Shown here in pieces: positions 26,810 through 35,024 of a stretch of 35,024 nucleotides of DNA. The stretch spans positions 1-35,024 of the forward strand of contig JAQWCA010000001.1 of NCBI GenBank assembly GCA_028706065.1. Direction: 5' to 3'. The notes under the pieces are model-generated. The model worked only from the letters and a program-made list of their open reading frames with translations, had not been told where the DNA came from and made no database searches. Numbering within the stretch: position 1 is the first letter of the stretch; each line of letters opens with the position of its first letter. The stretch comes from Tepidanaerobacteraceae bacterium (GTDB lineage Bacteria > Bacillota > Thermosediminibacteria > Thermosediminibacterales > Tepidanaerobacteraceae). The position numbers were made by a program, and so were the translations under genes.

Positions 26810-28345
26810 ATGCTATCAAAGGTAAAAAGCTGCTCAATATATGGTCTTGAAAGTTTTTTGGTTGATGTAGAAGTTGATATTTCCAACGGCCTACCGGCTT
26901 TTGACATAGTAGGTTTGCCCGATGCGGCTGTTAAGGAGTCTAGAGAGCGGGTCAGAGCAGCAATTAAAAATCAGAATTTTAACTTTCCAATAAAGAGAAT
27001 TACACTAAATCTAGCCCCGGCAGATATAAAAAAGGAGGGGCCACATTTTGACCTGCCTATTGCCTTAGGTATATTGGCTGCTACGGAACAAATGCCCGTG
27101 GAAATATTAAATGAATATGCTATAATAGGAGAACTTTCTTTAGATGGAAGAACAAGGCCTGTTAATGGTGTTCTACCCATGGCCATCGAAATTAAAGAAA
27201 GAGAATTAAAAGGAATAATTGTTCCTTTAGAAAATGTAGAAGAGGCTGCAGTTATAAAAGGAATAAAAGTTGTAGGTGTAAGTTCTTTAAGTGAAGTGGT
27301 CGCTTACTTTAATGGTGAGCTAAAAATAAGCAGTCACGAGATACGTAATAGTCATAAAAAGCAAATTAAGACAACATATGATGGAGATTTCTCTGAAGTG
27401 AAAGGTCAGGAGAATTTAAAACGATGCCTTGAAATAGCTGCTGCCGGACATCATAATGCAGCTATGATGGGCTCTCCAGGTTCGGGCAAAACTATGATAG
27501 CAAGACGTATCCCAACTATTCTCCCCTCAATGACCTTTGAAGAATCCCTAGAACTAACCAAGATTTACAGTATTTCCGGTCTACTTTCGAACCATTCAGG
27601 ATTAATAAGAAAAAGACCTTTTAGGTCACCACATCATACCATATCGGCTGTAGGAATGGTAGGAGGAGGGCGTATTCCCAAGCCTGGAGAAATTACCTTA
27701 GCACATCACGGAGTGCTTTTCCTTGATGAGCTTCCCGAATTTCCGCGAGATGTATTGGAGCTTTTACGTCAACCACTTGAGGATGAAGAAATAACAATAG
27801 CTCGTGCAAATGCAACTATTACTTATCCTTCCAAATTTATGATGATAGGGGCTATGAATCCATGTCCGTGTGGATATTATGGTAATCCTTTTCGTGAATG
27901 CAGTTGTTCACCTAACCAAATTCACAGATATCTTTCTAAGATCTCAGGCCCTTTAATGGATAGAATAGATTTACAATTAGAAGTGGCACCTGTTAAGTTT
28001 TCAGATCTGGAGGAACCATCTGCTACTGATTCATCAACGATTAAAAAACGAGTTGAAGATGCTAGGCTCATGCAATTAACAAGATATAGACAACATAATA
28101 TATACTGCAACTCCCAGCTTACGCCAAATCTTGTGCATAAGTACTGTGGGTTGGATAAAACGGGTAAACTTCTTATGAAACAAGCATTTTATAGTATGAA
28201 GCTTAGCGCCAGAGCTCATAATAAAATTCTGAAGGTAGCACGAACCATTGCTGATTTAGATGGAAAACAATCTATAAAAGACATTCATTTGGCCGAGGCT
28301 TTACAATATAGAAATATTGATAAATACTATCAAGTTATTAGATAA
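26810..28345 (+). CDS. comM: YifB/ComM family Mg-chelatase-like AAA+ ATPase
   Basis: N-terminal Lon-protease-like domain, Walker A (GSPGSGKTM), Walker B (VLFLDELPEF), a Cys cluster (NPCPCGYYG...CSC) and a C-terminal ChlI-like domain. Confidence 0.9.
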   Translation: MLSKVKSCSIYGLESFLVDVEVDISNGLPAFDIVGLPDAAVKESRERVRAAIKNQNFNFPIKRITLNLAPADIKKEGPHFDLPIALGILAATEQMPVEILNEYAIIGELSLDGRTRPVNGVLPMAIEIKERELKGIIVPLENVEEAAVIKGIKVVGVSSLSEVVAYFNGELKISSHEIRNSHKKQIKTTYDGDFSEVKGQENLKRCLEIAAAGHHNAAMMGSPGSGKTMIARRIPTILPSMTFEESLELTKIYSISGLLSNHSGLIRKRPFRSPHHTISAVGMVGGGRIPKPGEITLAHHGVLFLDELPEFPRDVLELLRQPLEDEEITIARANATITYPSKFMMIGAMNPCPCGYYGNPFRECSCSPNQIHRYLSKISGPLMDRIDLQLEVAPVKFSDLEEPSATDSSTIKKRVEDARLMQLTRYRQHNIYCNSQLTPNLVHKYCGLDKTGKLLMKQAFYSMKLSARAHNKILKVARTIADLDGKQSIKDIHLAEALQYRNIDKYYQVIR

Positions 28346-28373
28346 ACCTATTAATAAAAAGAGGGGAGTTAAC

Positions 28374-28904
28374 ATGCAAAATAAAAAAGGATTGGTATTG
28401 GTATACACAGGAAACGGTAAAGGTAAAACCACGGCAGCTTTAGGTCTTGCATTGCGTGCTGTGGGTCATGAGGAAGAAGTATTTATCATACAATTTATGA
28501 AGGGTGATGAAAAATATGGTGAGGTTCAAGCTATAAAACAATATTTTCCTAAAGTTCAACTAGTTCAAAAGGGTCTCAATACTTTTGTCAAGAAAGGACA
28601 TCCTAGTTCGCAGGATCTAAAACTAGCTAAAGAAGGATTGAACTTGGCAAGAGACGTTATATCTTCTGGAAAATATGATTTGGTTATTCTTGATGAAATA
28701 AATGTTGCGGTGAATTATGGATTATTAACTGAGCAAGATATCCTTAACTTAATAACGTTAAAACCGGATTTTACCACATTGGTTTTGACCGGTAGATATG
28801 TATCGGAAAAAATCATGGAACAAGCTGATATGATAAGCGAAGTTAAGGAGATAAAGCATCATTATCATCAAGGGATAGCTGCCCAATCAGGAATTGAATA
28901 TTAA
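28374..28904 (+). CDS. cobO: Cob(I)yrinic acid a,c-diamide / cob(I)alamin adenosyltransferase (CobA/CobO/BtuR family)
   Basis: KGLVLVYTGNGKGKTTAALGLALRAVG P-loop, LVILDE, and a C-terminal HHY...G motif. ATG at 28374 after GAGGGGA. The track extension from 28317 overlaps comM. Confidence 0.85.
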   Translation: MQNKKGLVLVYTGNGKGKTTAALGLALRAVGHEEEVFIIQFMKGDEKYGEVQAIKQYFPKVQLVQKGLNTFVKKGHPSSQDLKLAKEGLNLARDVISSGKYDLVILDEINVAVNYGLLTEQDILNLITLKPDFTTLVLTGRYVSEKIMEQADMISEVKEIKHHYHQGIAAQSGIEY

Positions 28905-28927
28905 TCAAAAGGGGGTAGGGGGTAATT

Positions 28928-30013
28928 ATGAGAGATAAAGAGCTTTTAATTGCTTTGAATTTCGTTCCAAAACTTGGGCCTGTTAAAATTCAATCCTTAG
29001 TTGAGGAATTCAAAAACTACTCCGAGTTCCTGAGGGCTGAACCGGCAGATTTATTTCAAATCCCTGGTATCGGGAAAATTATGAGTGGCAGAATTATAGA
29101 ATATAGGGGAAAGATAGATCCAGACGAAGAGATATCAAAAGCTAAAAAGCTAGGAATAAGAATAGTCACATTGCTGGATGATGATTATCCTGAGATATTA
29201 AAACAGATTTACGATCCACCACCGGTTCTTTATACAAAAGGTGATATAGCATGCTTGAATAATCAATCCATTGCTATAGTGGGTGCTAGGAAAGCTTCTA
29301 ATTATGGCAGGAATACGGCTAATCGTTTTGCAAAAGAATTGGCTTCAATGACTATAAATATTGTAAGTGGTATGGCACGAGGGATTGATTCATATGCTCA
29401 CAAAGGAGCCATCGATGCTAGCGGTCCTACTACGGCGGTTTTTGGGTGTGGCTTAGACATAGTATATCCACCGGAGAATGTAAACTTGATGAAAAAAATA
29501 ATTAAATGTGGATGTATCGTTTCTAGCTTCCCGCTTGGTACACAGCCCATAGCAGCAAATTTTCCTGCCAGAAATCGCATTATTAGCGGATTATCACTAG
29601 GTACACTAGTGATAGAAGCTGCTGAAAGGAGCGGTTCATTAATAACAGCTGATTTTGCCTTAGAACAGGGTAGAGAAGTATTTGCCATTCCTGGGAATAT
29701 TTATAGTCCATATAGTCGAGGCACTCATAAATTAATTAAGCAAGGAGCAAAACTGGTAGAAAATATTAATGACATATTAGATGAGCTGTATTTGGACAGA
29801 TTTGACATTAAAAAAGTAAACAAAGAGAGCTTGGAAAGCCTTAGTTCCATTGAAGAGTCTGTTTTTAAAATAATAGATTACCAACCTTTACATATTGAAC
29901 AGTTAATAAACTCCAGTCAAAGGAATTCCCAGGAACTAAATGCCATATTAACTCGCTTGGAACTTAAAGGTCATATCTCAGCCCTGCCCGGAGGTTATTT
30001 TGTAAGAAATTGA
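28928..30013 (+). CDS. dprA: DNA processing protein DprA (Smf)
   Basis: Rossmann-like DprA core (IAIVGARKAS.YG, SGMARGIDS.AH, NFPARNRIISGLS, GSLITA) and a C-terminal winged-helix domain. Confidence 0.9.
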   Translation: MRDKELLIALNFVPKLGPVKIQSLVEEFKNYSEFLRAEPADLFQIPGIGKIMSGRIIEYRGKIDPDEEISKAKKLGIRIVTLLDDDYPEILKQIYDPPPVLYTKGDIACLNNQSIAIVGARKASNYGRNTANRFAKELASMTINIVSGMARGIDSYAHKGAIDASGPTTAVFGCGLDIVYPPENVNLMKKIIKCGCIVSSFPLGTQPIAANFPARNRIISGLSLGTLVIEAAERSGSLITADFALEQGREVFAIPGNIYSPYSRGTHKLIKQGAKLVENINDILDELYLDRFDIKKVNKESLESLSSIEESVFKIIDYQPLHIEQLINSSQRNSQELNAILTRLELKGHISALPGGYFVRN

Positions 30014-30037
30014 CTTCTTGCTATATATGATTATAAT
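30010..30037 (+). promoter_or_regulatory. Candidate sigma-A promoter for topA overlapping the dprA stop
   Basis: TTGACT at 30010-30015 (the TGA stop is 30011-30013), a 16-nt spacer, TATAAT at 30032-30037. Confidence 0.5.
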
Positions 30038-30078
30038 ATAGTAATTAACAATTATGAATTGTAAAAAGGTGATTTTTA

Positions 30079-32154
30079 ATGGCTAAATCTTTAATCATTG
30101 TCGAGTCCCCCGCAAAAGCAAAAACTTTAAGTAAGTATTTGGGTAAAAATTATAAGATAGAAGCTTCAATGGGTCATGTAAGAGATTTACCTAAAAGTCA
30201 ATTGGGGATAGACGTAGAATCGGGCTTTTCGCCTAAGTACATTACTATTCGTGGGAAAGGTCCCTTACTTAACAAATTAAAGAAAGAGGCGGCAAAAGCT
30301 GACAAGGTATTATTGGCTACTGACCCGGATCGAGAAGGTGAAGCTATATCATGGCATTTAGCTAATGCCTTGGGGGTATCAGAGGAAAAACCGTGCCGTG
30401 TTGAGTTTCACGAAATTACAAAAAATGCTGTGCTCGAATCTATCAAACATCCTAGAACCATAAATGCTGATTTGGTAGAAGCTCAGCAAGCAAGAAGGAT
30501 TCTAGACCGTTTGGTTGGATACAAGATTAGTCCCATACTGTGGAGAAAGGTAAAATGGGGCCTTAGTGCTGGTAGAGTACAGTCGGTTGCTGTAAGGATT
30601 ATTTGTGACAGGGAAAAAGAAATAAGAGAATTTAAACCAAGTGAATATTGGACTATTGATGCCGATTTAGAAGAGACAGTCACAGGTTCAAACATCCGAG
30701 CCCGTCTACACTCAGAAAATAATAAAAAAATAAAAATAACCAATAAAGAAAAAGCTGATAAAATTTTGGCGAGTATAAAGGAAGAAATATTTAAAGTAAT
30801 CAAAGTAAAAAAAGGTCAGAGAAAAAGGTCGCCTTCTCCAACCTTTATAACTAGTAGCATGCAACAAGAGGCAGCAAGGAAACTTGGATTCACGGCTAAA
30901 AAAACCATGATGATTGCCCAACAGCTATATGAAGGTTTGGATATAAAGGATGGAGGTACGGTAGGTCTAATAACTTATATGAGAACCGACTCCATACGTG
31001 TATCAGAACAAGCTCAGAAGGAAGCAGAGGATTATATAAAGAGCAGTTATGGCAAAGAATACTTGAGTAGTGGTTCCATATTGCGTAAAAATAAAAAGAA
31101 TGTACAGGATGCTCATGAAGGTATACGGCCTACTTCTGTATCAAGGACCCCTGAAAATATAAAAGACTCTATTACACAGGACCAATACAAATTATATAAG
31201 CTAATTTGGAAAAGATTCGTTAGCAGTCAAATGGCTCCCGCTATATATAATACAGTGTCAATTGACATCAAAGCAGGAAAATACATTTTTAGAATTACGG
31301 GTTCTACTATCAAATTTCCTGGTTTTATGGTGCTATACACAGAAGGAACAGATGAGGAATCAGAAACAGAAGAAAATGAGCTTCCTGAGCTAAAACAAGG
31401 TGAGATTCTAAAACTGTTAAAACTAATTCCTGAACAACATTTTACCCAACCCCCTTCCAGATATACTGAAGCTATGCTGGTAAAAGTTCTTGAAGAAAGA
31501 GGCATTGGTAGACCAAGCACTTATGCACCTACAATTGATGTTGTACAAAGAAGAGGATATGTAGAAAAGGAAAAGGGTCGATTTAAACCTACTGAACTAG
31601 GAGAAATCGTTGTTGCAATTTTACAAGAGTTTTTTAGTGATATTGTAGATATAGATTTCACAGCTGGAATGGAAGAACAATTGGATAAAATTGAGTCAGG
31701 CCACGAAAAACGTAAGGAAGTGCTAAAAACGTTTTACACTCCCTTTGAGAAAAAGCTTAAAATAGCCGAACAGGAAATAGAAAAGATAAAAATCAAGGAT
31801 GAAGTCAGTGACGAAAAGTGTGACCTTTGCGGTAGAAATATGGTTATAAAAAGAGGTCGATATGGGAAATTTCTTGCGTGTCCGGGCTTTCCTGAATGTA
31901 AAAATACAAAACCAATTATAACAGAAATTGGCGTAGACTGTCCTCAATGTGGTGGCAGCTTAGTAGTAAGAAGGTCTAAGAGAGGGAGGATTTTCTACGG
32001 TTGCTCTAATTATCCCGATTGTAAATTCGTTTCTTGGAATAAACCAAGTGATAAACCGTGTCCTAAGTGTGGTGGGTTAATGGTAGTTAAAAATTATAAA
32101 AGTCGAGAATTTGAAGCCTGTACCAATAAAGACTGTGGCTATAAATCAAAATAG
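30079..32154 (+). CDS. topA: DNA topoisomerase I
   Basis: Toprim N-terminus (LIIVESPAKAKT), ATDPDREGEAISWH, active-site region (GLITYMRTDS) and three C-terminal Cys4 zinc ribbons. Confidence 0.95.
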   Translation: MAKSLIIVESPAKAKTLSKYLGKNYKIEASMGHVRDLPKSQLGIDVESGFSPKYITIRGKGPLLNKLKKEAAKADKVLLATDPDREGEAISWHLANALGVSEEKPCRVEFHEITKNAVLESIKHPRTINADLVEAQQARRILDRLVGYKISPILWRKVKWGLSAGRVQSVAVRIICDREKEIREFKPSEYWTIDADLEETVTGSNIRARLHSENNKKIKITNKEKADKILASIKEEIFKVIKVKKGQRKRSPSPTFITSSMQQEAARKLGFTAKKTMMIAQQLYEGLDIKDGGTVGLITYMRTDSIRVSEQAQKEAEDYIKSSYGKEYLSSGSILRKNKKNVQDAHEGIRPTSVSRTPENIKDSITQDQYKLYKLIWKRFVSSQMAPAIYNTVSIDIKAGKYIFRITGSTIKFPGFMVLYTEGTDEESETEENELPELKQGEILKLLKLIPEQHFTQPPSRYTEAMLVKVLEERGIGRPSTYAPTIDVVQRRGYVEKEKGRFKPTELGEIVVAILQEFFSDIVDIDFTAGMEEQLDKIESGHEKRKEVLKTFYTPFEKKLKIAEQEIEKIKIKDEVSDEKCDLCGRNMVIKRGRYGKFLACPGFPECKNTKPIITEIGVDCPQCGGSLVVRRSKRGRIFYGCSNYPDCKFVSWNKPSDKPCPKCGGLMVVKNYKSREFEACTNKDCGYKSK

Positions 32155-32163
32155 AGCATAGAG

Positions 32164-32316
32164 ATGAATCCGGTGTGTGAAGGTTATAGGGGGCGGGCTG
32201 GCCGGATGTGAGGCAGCATTAGTGTGCAGCAACTCCTTAAGATTCAATGACATTATTAACGCTGCTGGGTTGTTGTGAAACAAGAAATGATAAAAATTGG
32301 GTCAAAGGTTACTTAA
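32164..32316 (+). pseudogene. trmFO: Degenerate remnant of trmFO (gid), the folate/FAD-dependent tRNA U54 methyltransferase gene
   Basis: 32177-32275 translates to VKVIGGGLAGCEAA|LVCSNSLRFNDIINAAGLL*. A shifted frame, 32278-32313, gives KQEMIKIGSKVT*. These match TrmFO blocks (V.VIG.GLAG.EAAW ... ELVCSNSL ... GLLK.EM...GS). About 30-35 residues are missing in between, there is at least one frameshift, and the remaining roughly 350 codons are absent. The position is syntenic, between topA and xerC. Confidence 0.75.
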
Positions 32317-32390
32317 AATGATTAAAAAACTTGTCGATTTTTGACCAAACATATCGAAAAAAAAATTTAGAAATAATTTAGAATTTAATC

Positions 32391-32419
32391 TTGCATTAAT
32401 TAATATCTTATGATACTAT
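32391..32419 (+). promoter_or_regulatory. Candidate sigma-A promoter for xerC-hslVU with an extended -10
   Basis: TTGCAT at 32391-32396, a 17-nt spacer, TGaTACTAT at 32411-32419. Confidence 0.5.
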
Positions 32420-32448
32420 ATTAAATGTTAACTGAAGGGTTGGTATTT

Positions 32449-33351
32449 ATGGATGATGCACTGGTGGAGAGTTTCTTGAGGTACTTAAAGGCTACAAAAA
32501 CAGAATCTAAAAATACAGTTAGAGCATATGCTGAAGACCTCTCTCAGTTTCTGGAATATTTAAAACAAAAAAAACTATCTGAACCCGTCCTGATAAATAG
32601 CAATCATTTACATATTAGAGGATATTTAGCATTTCTTCGAGATAGAGAGATTTCAAAGAGAACTATAGCAAGGAAATTGTCTGTACTGAGAAGCTTTTAT
32701 AGATATTTAGTTATTGAAGGTGTTGTTGAAGAAAATGTGGCAAAATTAGTAAATACCCCTAAAACAGCAAAAAGACTGCCACTTTTTTTATACCCAAATG
32801 AGATCGAATGCCTTCTGTCAGTTCCCAAAGATAATACTTTAGGCATTAGAGATAGGGCAATAATGGAGCTTTTATATGCAACTGGTATGAGAGTAGGGGA
32901 ATTGGTTTTGCTGAAAATCAGTGATGTAAATTTTGGCTCAAATTATATTATTGTTTTTGGCAAGGGGTCAAAGGAAAGAGTTGTTTTTTTTGGACAAAAA
33001 GCGGCGGAGAGCATAGAGAAATATTTAAAGAAAAGTAGGCCTTTTTTATTAAAGGATATAAACTGTGATAGCTTGTTCTTGAATAAAAATGGAACAGGAA
33101 TTTCGGCCCGAAGTATAAGAAGAATGGTGAATAAATACGTTAAGCTTGCAGCACTTAACGACAATATTAGTCCACATACTTTAAGACACACTTTTGCTAC
33201 ACATATGTTAAACAATGGAGCAGATCTTAAGACGGTACAGGAATTACTGGGACATACAAGTTTATCAACAACTCAAATATATACTCATGTGACAAAGGAA
33301 AGATTGAAGGAAGTATATGACAGTGCTTTTCCCCATAATAAAATCAAATAA
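32449..33351 (+). CDS. xerC: Tyrosine recombinase XerC (CodV)
   Basis: N-terminal SAM-like domain (FLRYLKATKTESKNTVRAYAEDL) and the catalytic R...HxxR...Y set (ATGMRVGEL, HTLRHTFATH, LGHTSLSTTQIYTHV). The ATG at 32449 is preferred because the ATG at 32425 lies about at the predicted transcription start. Confidence 0.9.
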   Translation: MDDALVESFLRYLKATKTESKNTVRAYAEDLSQFLEYLKQKKLSEPVLINSNHLHIRGYLAFLRDREISKRTIARKLSVLRSFYRYLVIEGVVEENVAKLVNTPKTAKRLPLFLYPNEIECLLSVPKDNTLGIRDRAIMELLYATGMRVGELVLLKISDVNFGSNYIIVFGKGSKERVVFFGQKAAESIEKYLKKSRPFLLKDINCDSLFLNKNGTGISARSIRRMVNKYVKLAALNDNISPHTLRHTFATHMLNNGADLKTVQELLGHTSLSTTQIYTHVTKERLKEVYDSAFPHNKIK

Positions 33352-33366
33352 GAAAGGGGAGTTAAG

Positions 33367-33897
33367 ATGTTTTCGGCTACAACAATATTGGCGATAGTAA
33401 ACGAAAAGGGTGCAGCTATTGCCGGCGATGGTCAGGTAACTTTCGGTGAAAATACCATAATGAAGCATCATGCTAAAAAAGTGAGAAAAATATATGAGGG
33501 CAATGTTCTTGCTGGTTTTGCCGGTTCAGTAGCCGATGCAGTTACACTTTTTGAAAAGTTTGAGGGAAAACTTCAAGAAACCCATGGAAATCTTGTAAAG
33601 GCAGCCGTTGAACTGGCCAAAGAGTGGCGCACTGACAAAATGCTACGAAAATTAGAGGCACTCCTAATTACTGCAGACAAAGAGCATATATTGGTCATTT
33701 CGGGTAATGGTGAAGTGATTGAACCTGATGATGGTATTGCAGCAATAGGATCAGGAGGTTCTTATGCCCTTGCTGCGGCTAGGGCTCTTTGCTGTTACTC
33801 GAATTTACCTGTAGATAAAATAGTAGCAGAGTCTTTGAAAATAGCATCAGGAATATGTGTATATACGAATAATTATATATCTGTTGAGGCTTTATAG
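33367..33897 (+). CDS. hslV: ATP-dependent protease subunit HslV (ClpQ/CodW)
   Basis: [11 protein letters not shown]...GDGQVTFG...KKVRKIY...[18 protein letters not shown] 4-residue N-terminal extension precedes the TT catalytic position, as in Firmicute CodW. Confidence 0.95.
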   Translation: MFSATTILAIVNEKGAAIAGDGQVTFGENTIMKHHAKKVRKIYEGNVLAGFAGSVADAVTLFEKFEGKLQETHGNLVKAAVELAKEWRTDKMLRKLEALLITADKEHILVISGNGEVIEPDDGIAAIGSGGSYALAAARALCCYSNLPVDKIVAESLKIASGICVYTNNYISVEAL

Positions 33898-33908
33898 GAG
33901 GTGAGTTT

Positions 33909-35024
33909 GTGGAAAAGTTGACACCAAAGAAAATTGTACAGGAGCTAAATAAGTATATTATCGGACAAGATAATGCAAAAAAATCTGTTGCTATAGCACT
34001 AAGAAATCGATATCGACGGCAAAGATTGTCTGATGAGATAAAAGAAGAAGTTATTCCTAAAAATATCCTAATGATAGGCCCAACAGGAGTTGGCAAGACT
34101 GAAATAGCCAGGAGGCTAGCCAAGCTTGTCAATGCACCATTTATAAAAGTTGAAGCAACGAAATTTACTGAAGTAGGTTATGTTGGAAGAGACGTTGATT
34201 CTATGGTAAGAGATTTAGTAGACACATCCATACGGATGATTAAATATGAAAAAATGGAAGCTGTTAAAGGTAAAGCAAAAAAACTCGCAAACCAAAGGAT
34301 CGCCGAGTTGCTCTGTCCAGTACCTACAAAAGTGGGTTCTGTAAATCCATTTGAGGCTATATTTAGTGGGGTTTCCAAACAAGATTATAATGATGATGAT
34401 GAAGAAAACTTTCAGGAGAAGGTAAGAAACATAAAGAATAAACAGAGGGAAATATTAGAGAAGGTAAAAGATGGTAAATTGGACAAAGAAGTAATAGAAA
34501 TTGAAGTAGAGGACACATCTCCTCCCATGCTAGAAGTGTTTTCTGGTTCGGGTATGGAAGAAATGGGAATAAATATGCAAGATATGCTTGGAGGCCTTTT
34601 CCCTAAACGCAGGAAAAAACGTAAGGTAACTATTGAAAATGCTCGGAGGATTTTGACTCAAGAGGAAGCACAAAAATTGATAGATATGGATGAAGTAATA
34701 AATGATTCTATTAAAAAGGCAGAAGAATCCGGGATAATTTTCATAGATGAGATAGATAAAATTGCGGGTAAAGAAGCATATGGTCCTGATGTTTCACGGG
34801 AAGGAGTTCAAAGGGATATACTGCCTATTATAGAAGGATCCACAGTTGTTACAAAACATGGTCCTTTGAAGACTGATCATATCCTATTTATAGCTGCCGG
34901 AGCCTTCCATATTTCAAAACCTTCCGATCTAATACCCGAGTTGCAAGGCCGCTTTCCTATTCGTGTTGAGCTAAAAAGTTTGACTGAAGAGGACTTAAAA
35001 ATGATTTTAACTGAACCTAAAAAT
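33909..35024 (+). CDS. hslU: ATP-dependent protease ATPase subunit HslU (ClpY), 5' partial that runs off the window end
   Basis: The GTG at 33909, 7 nt after AGGAGG, starts an open frame to the window end: [37 protein letters not shown], Walker A ([15 protein letters not shown]), Walker B ([10 protein letters not shown]). Absent from the ORF track because there is no stop in the window. Confidence 0.95.
   Translation, partial: MEKLTPKKIVQELNKYIIGQDNAKKSVAIALRNRYRRQRLSDEIKEEVIPKNILMIGPTGVGKTEIARRLAKLVNAPFIKVEATKFTEVGYVGRDVDSMVRDLVDTSIRMIKYEKMEAVKGKAKKLANQRIAELLCPVPTKVGSVNPFEAIFSGVSKQDYNDDDEENFQEKVRNIKNKQREILEKVKDGKLDKEVIEIEVEDTSPPMLEVFSGSGMEEMGINMQDMLGGLFPKRRKKRKVTIENARRILTQEEAQKLIDMDEVINDSIKKAEESGIIFIDEIDKIAGKEAYGPDVSREGVQRDILPIIEGSTVVTKHGPLKTDHILFIAAGAFHISKPSDLIPELQGRFPIRVELKSLTEEDLKMILTEPKN

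Noticed and set aside
26810-28345. The AAA+ / Mg-chelatase-like ATPase as a novel system component
   Set aside because: Its architecture is standard YifB/ComM, and it sits next to yraN as in many bacteria.
29398-31947. Several - strand ORFs (29398-29688, 30483-30803, 30712-30921, 31227-31520, 31723-31947) inside dprA and topA
   Set aside because: All are antisense to strongly supported genes, overlap one another in different frames, and lack SDs and motifs.
32155-32235. GC-rich patch after topA as a possible tRNA or small RNA gene
   Set aside because: No cloverleaf or T-loop (GTTCGAATC-like) features are present. The GC content is explained by the TrmFO GxGxxG coding remnant.
32425-33351. 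The tyrosine recombinase as a possible phage or integrative-element integrase marking a mobile element
   Set aside because: Its size, motifs and context (topA-[trmFO]-xerC-hslV-hslU) are those of chromosomal XerC/CodV. There are no flanking att-like repeats, tRNA target, excisionase or phage genes.
33779-34378. - strand ORFs 33779-34132 and 34178-34378
   Set aside because: They lie antisense to hslV and to the unlisted but clearly real hslU frame, which has Walker A and B motifs and an IIGQDNAK N-terminus.
1-35024. A window-wide look for CRISPR repeats, IS elements or transposases, toxin-antitoxin pairs, restriction-modification or other defence genes, and long repeats
   Set aside because: None found. 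All sizeable ORFs are accounted for by conserved housekeeping or sporulation genes, and the intergenic spacers are short. The largest are 4602-4846, 7818-8037 and 32155-32448, and each is explained above.

Overview
This window looks like an ordinary, highly syntenic core-chromosome region of a low-GC, endospore-forming Firmicute (Bacillus/Clostridia-type gene order). Nearly all genes are on the + strand and tightly packed. The order is: ylbJ(-), a ylbK-like patatin gene, a ylbL-like PDZ/Lon protease gene, tmcAL(-), pta-ackA, yceD-rpmF, the lipid-synthesis operon fapR-plsX-fabH-fabK-fabD-fabG-acpP-fabF, rnc, spoVS, smc-ftsY, ylxM-ffh-rpsP-khpA-rimM-trmD-rplS, rbgA-rnhB-yraN, comM/yifB, cobO, dprA, topA, xerC(codV)-hslV-hslU. 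I found no rRNA or tRNA genes, CRISPR arrays, transposases, prophage genes, toxin-antitoxin pairs or defence-like cassettes, and no unexplained multi-gene block, so I cannot support a claim of a novel system here. The ORF-track entries on the opposite strand of these genes are shadow ORFs. The most notable observation is a decayed relic of trmFO (gid) in the 270-nt topA-xerC spacer, exactly where the intact gene sits in Bacillus. It carries an internal deletion and at least one frameshift, and most of the gene is missing. The other observations are regulatory and of modest interest. A GC-only hairpin sits between a strong Shine-Dalgarno (SD) sequence and the plsX start codon and would bring them to normal spacing. 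A FapR-operator-like site lies just downstream of the fapR promoter. spoVS forms a self-contained cassette with a sigma-H-like promoter. rbgA lacks a well-placed canonical start codon. rplS has its own strong promoter and leader. Phased AATTTAGAA repeats sit upstream of the xerC promoter. All functional calls come from reading the translated ORFs and recognising family motifs, with no database search, and the promoter and operator calls are consensus matches by eye.
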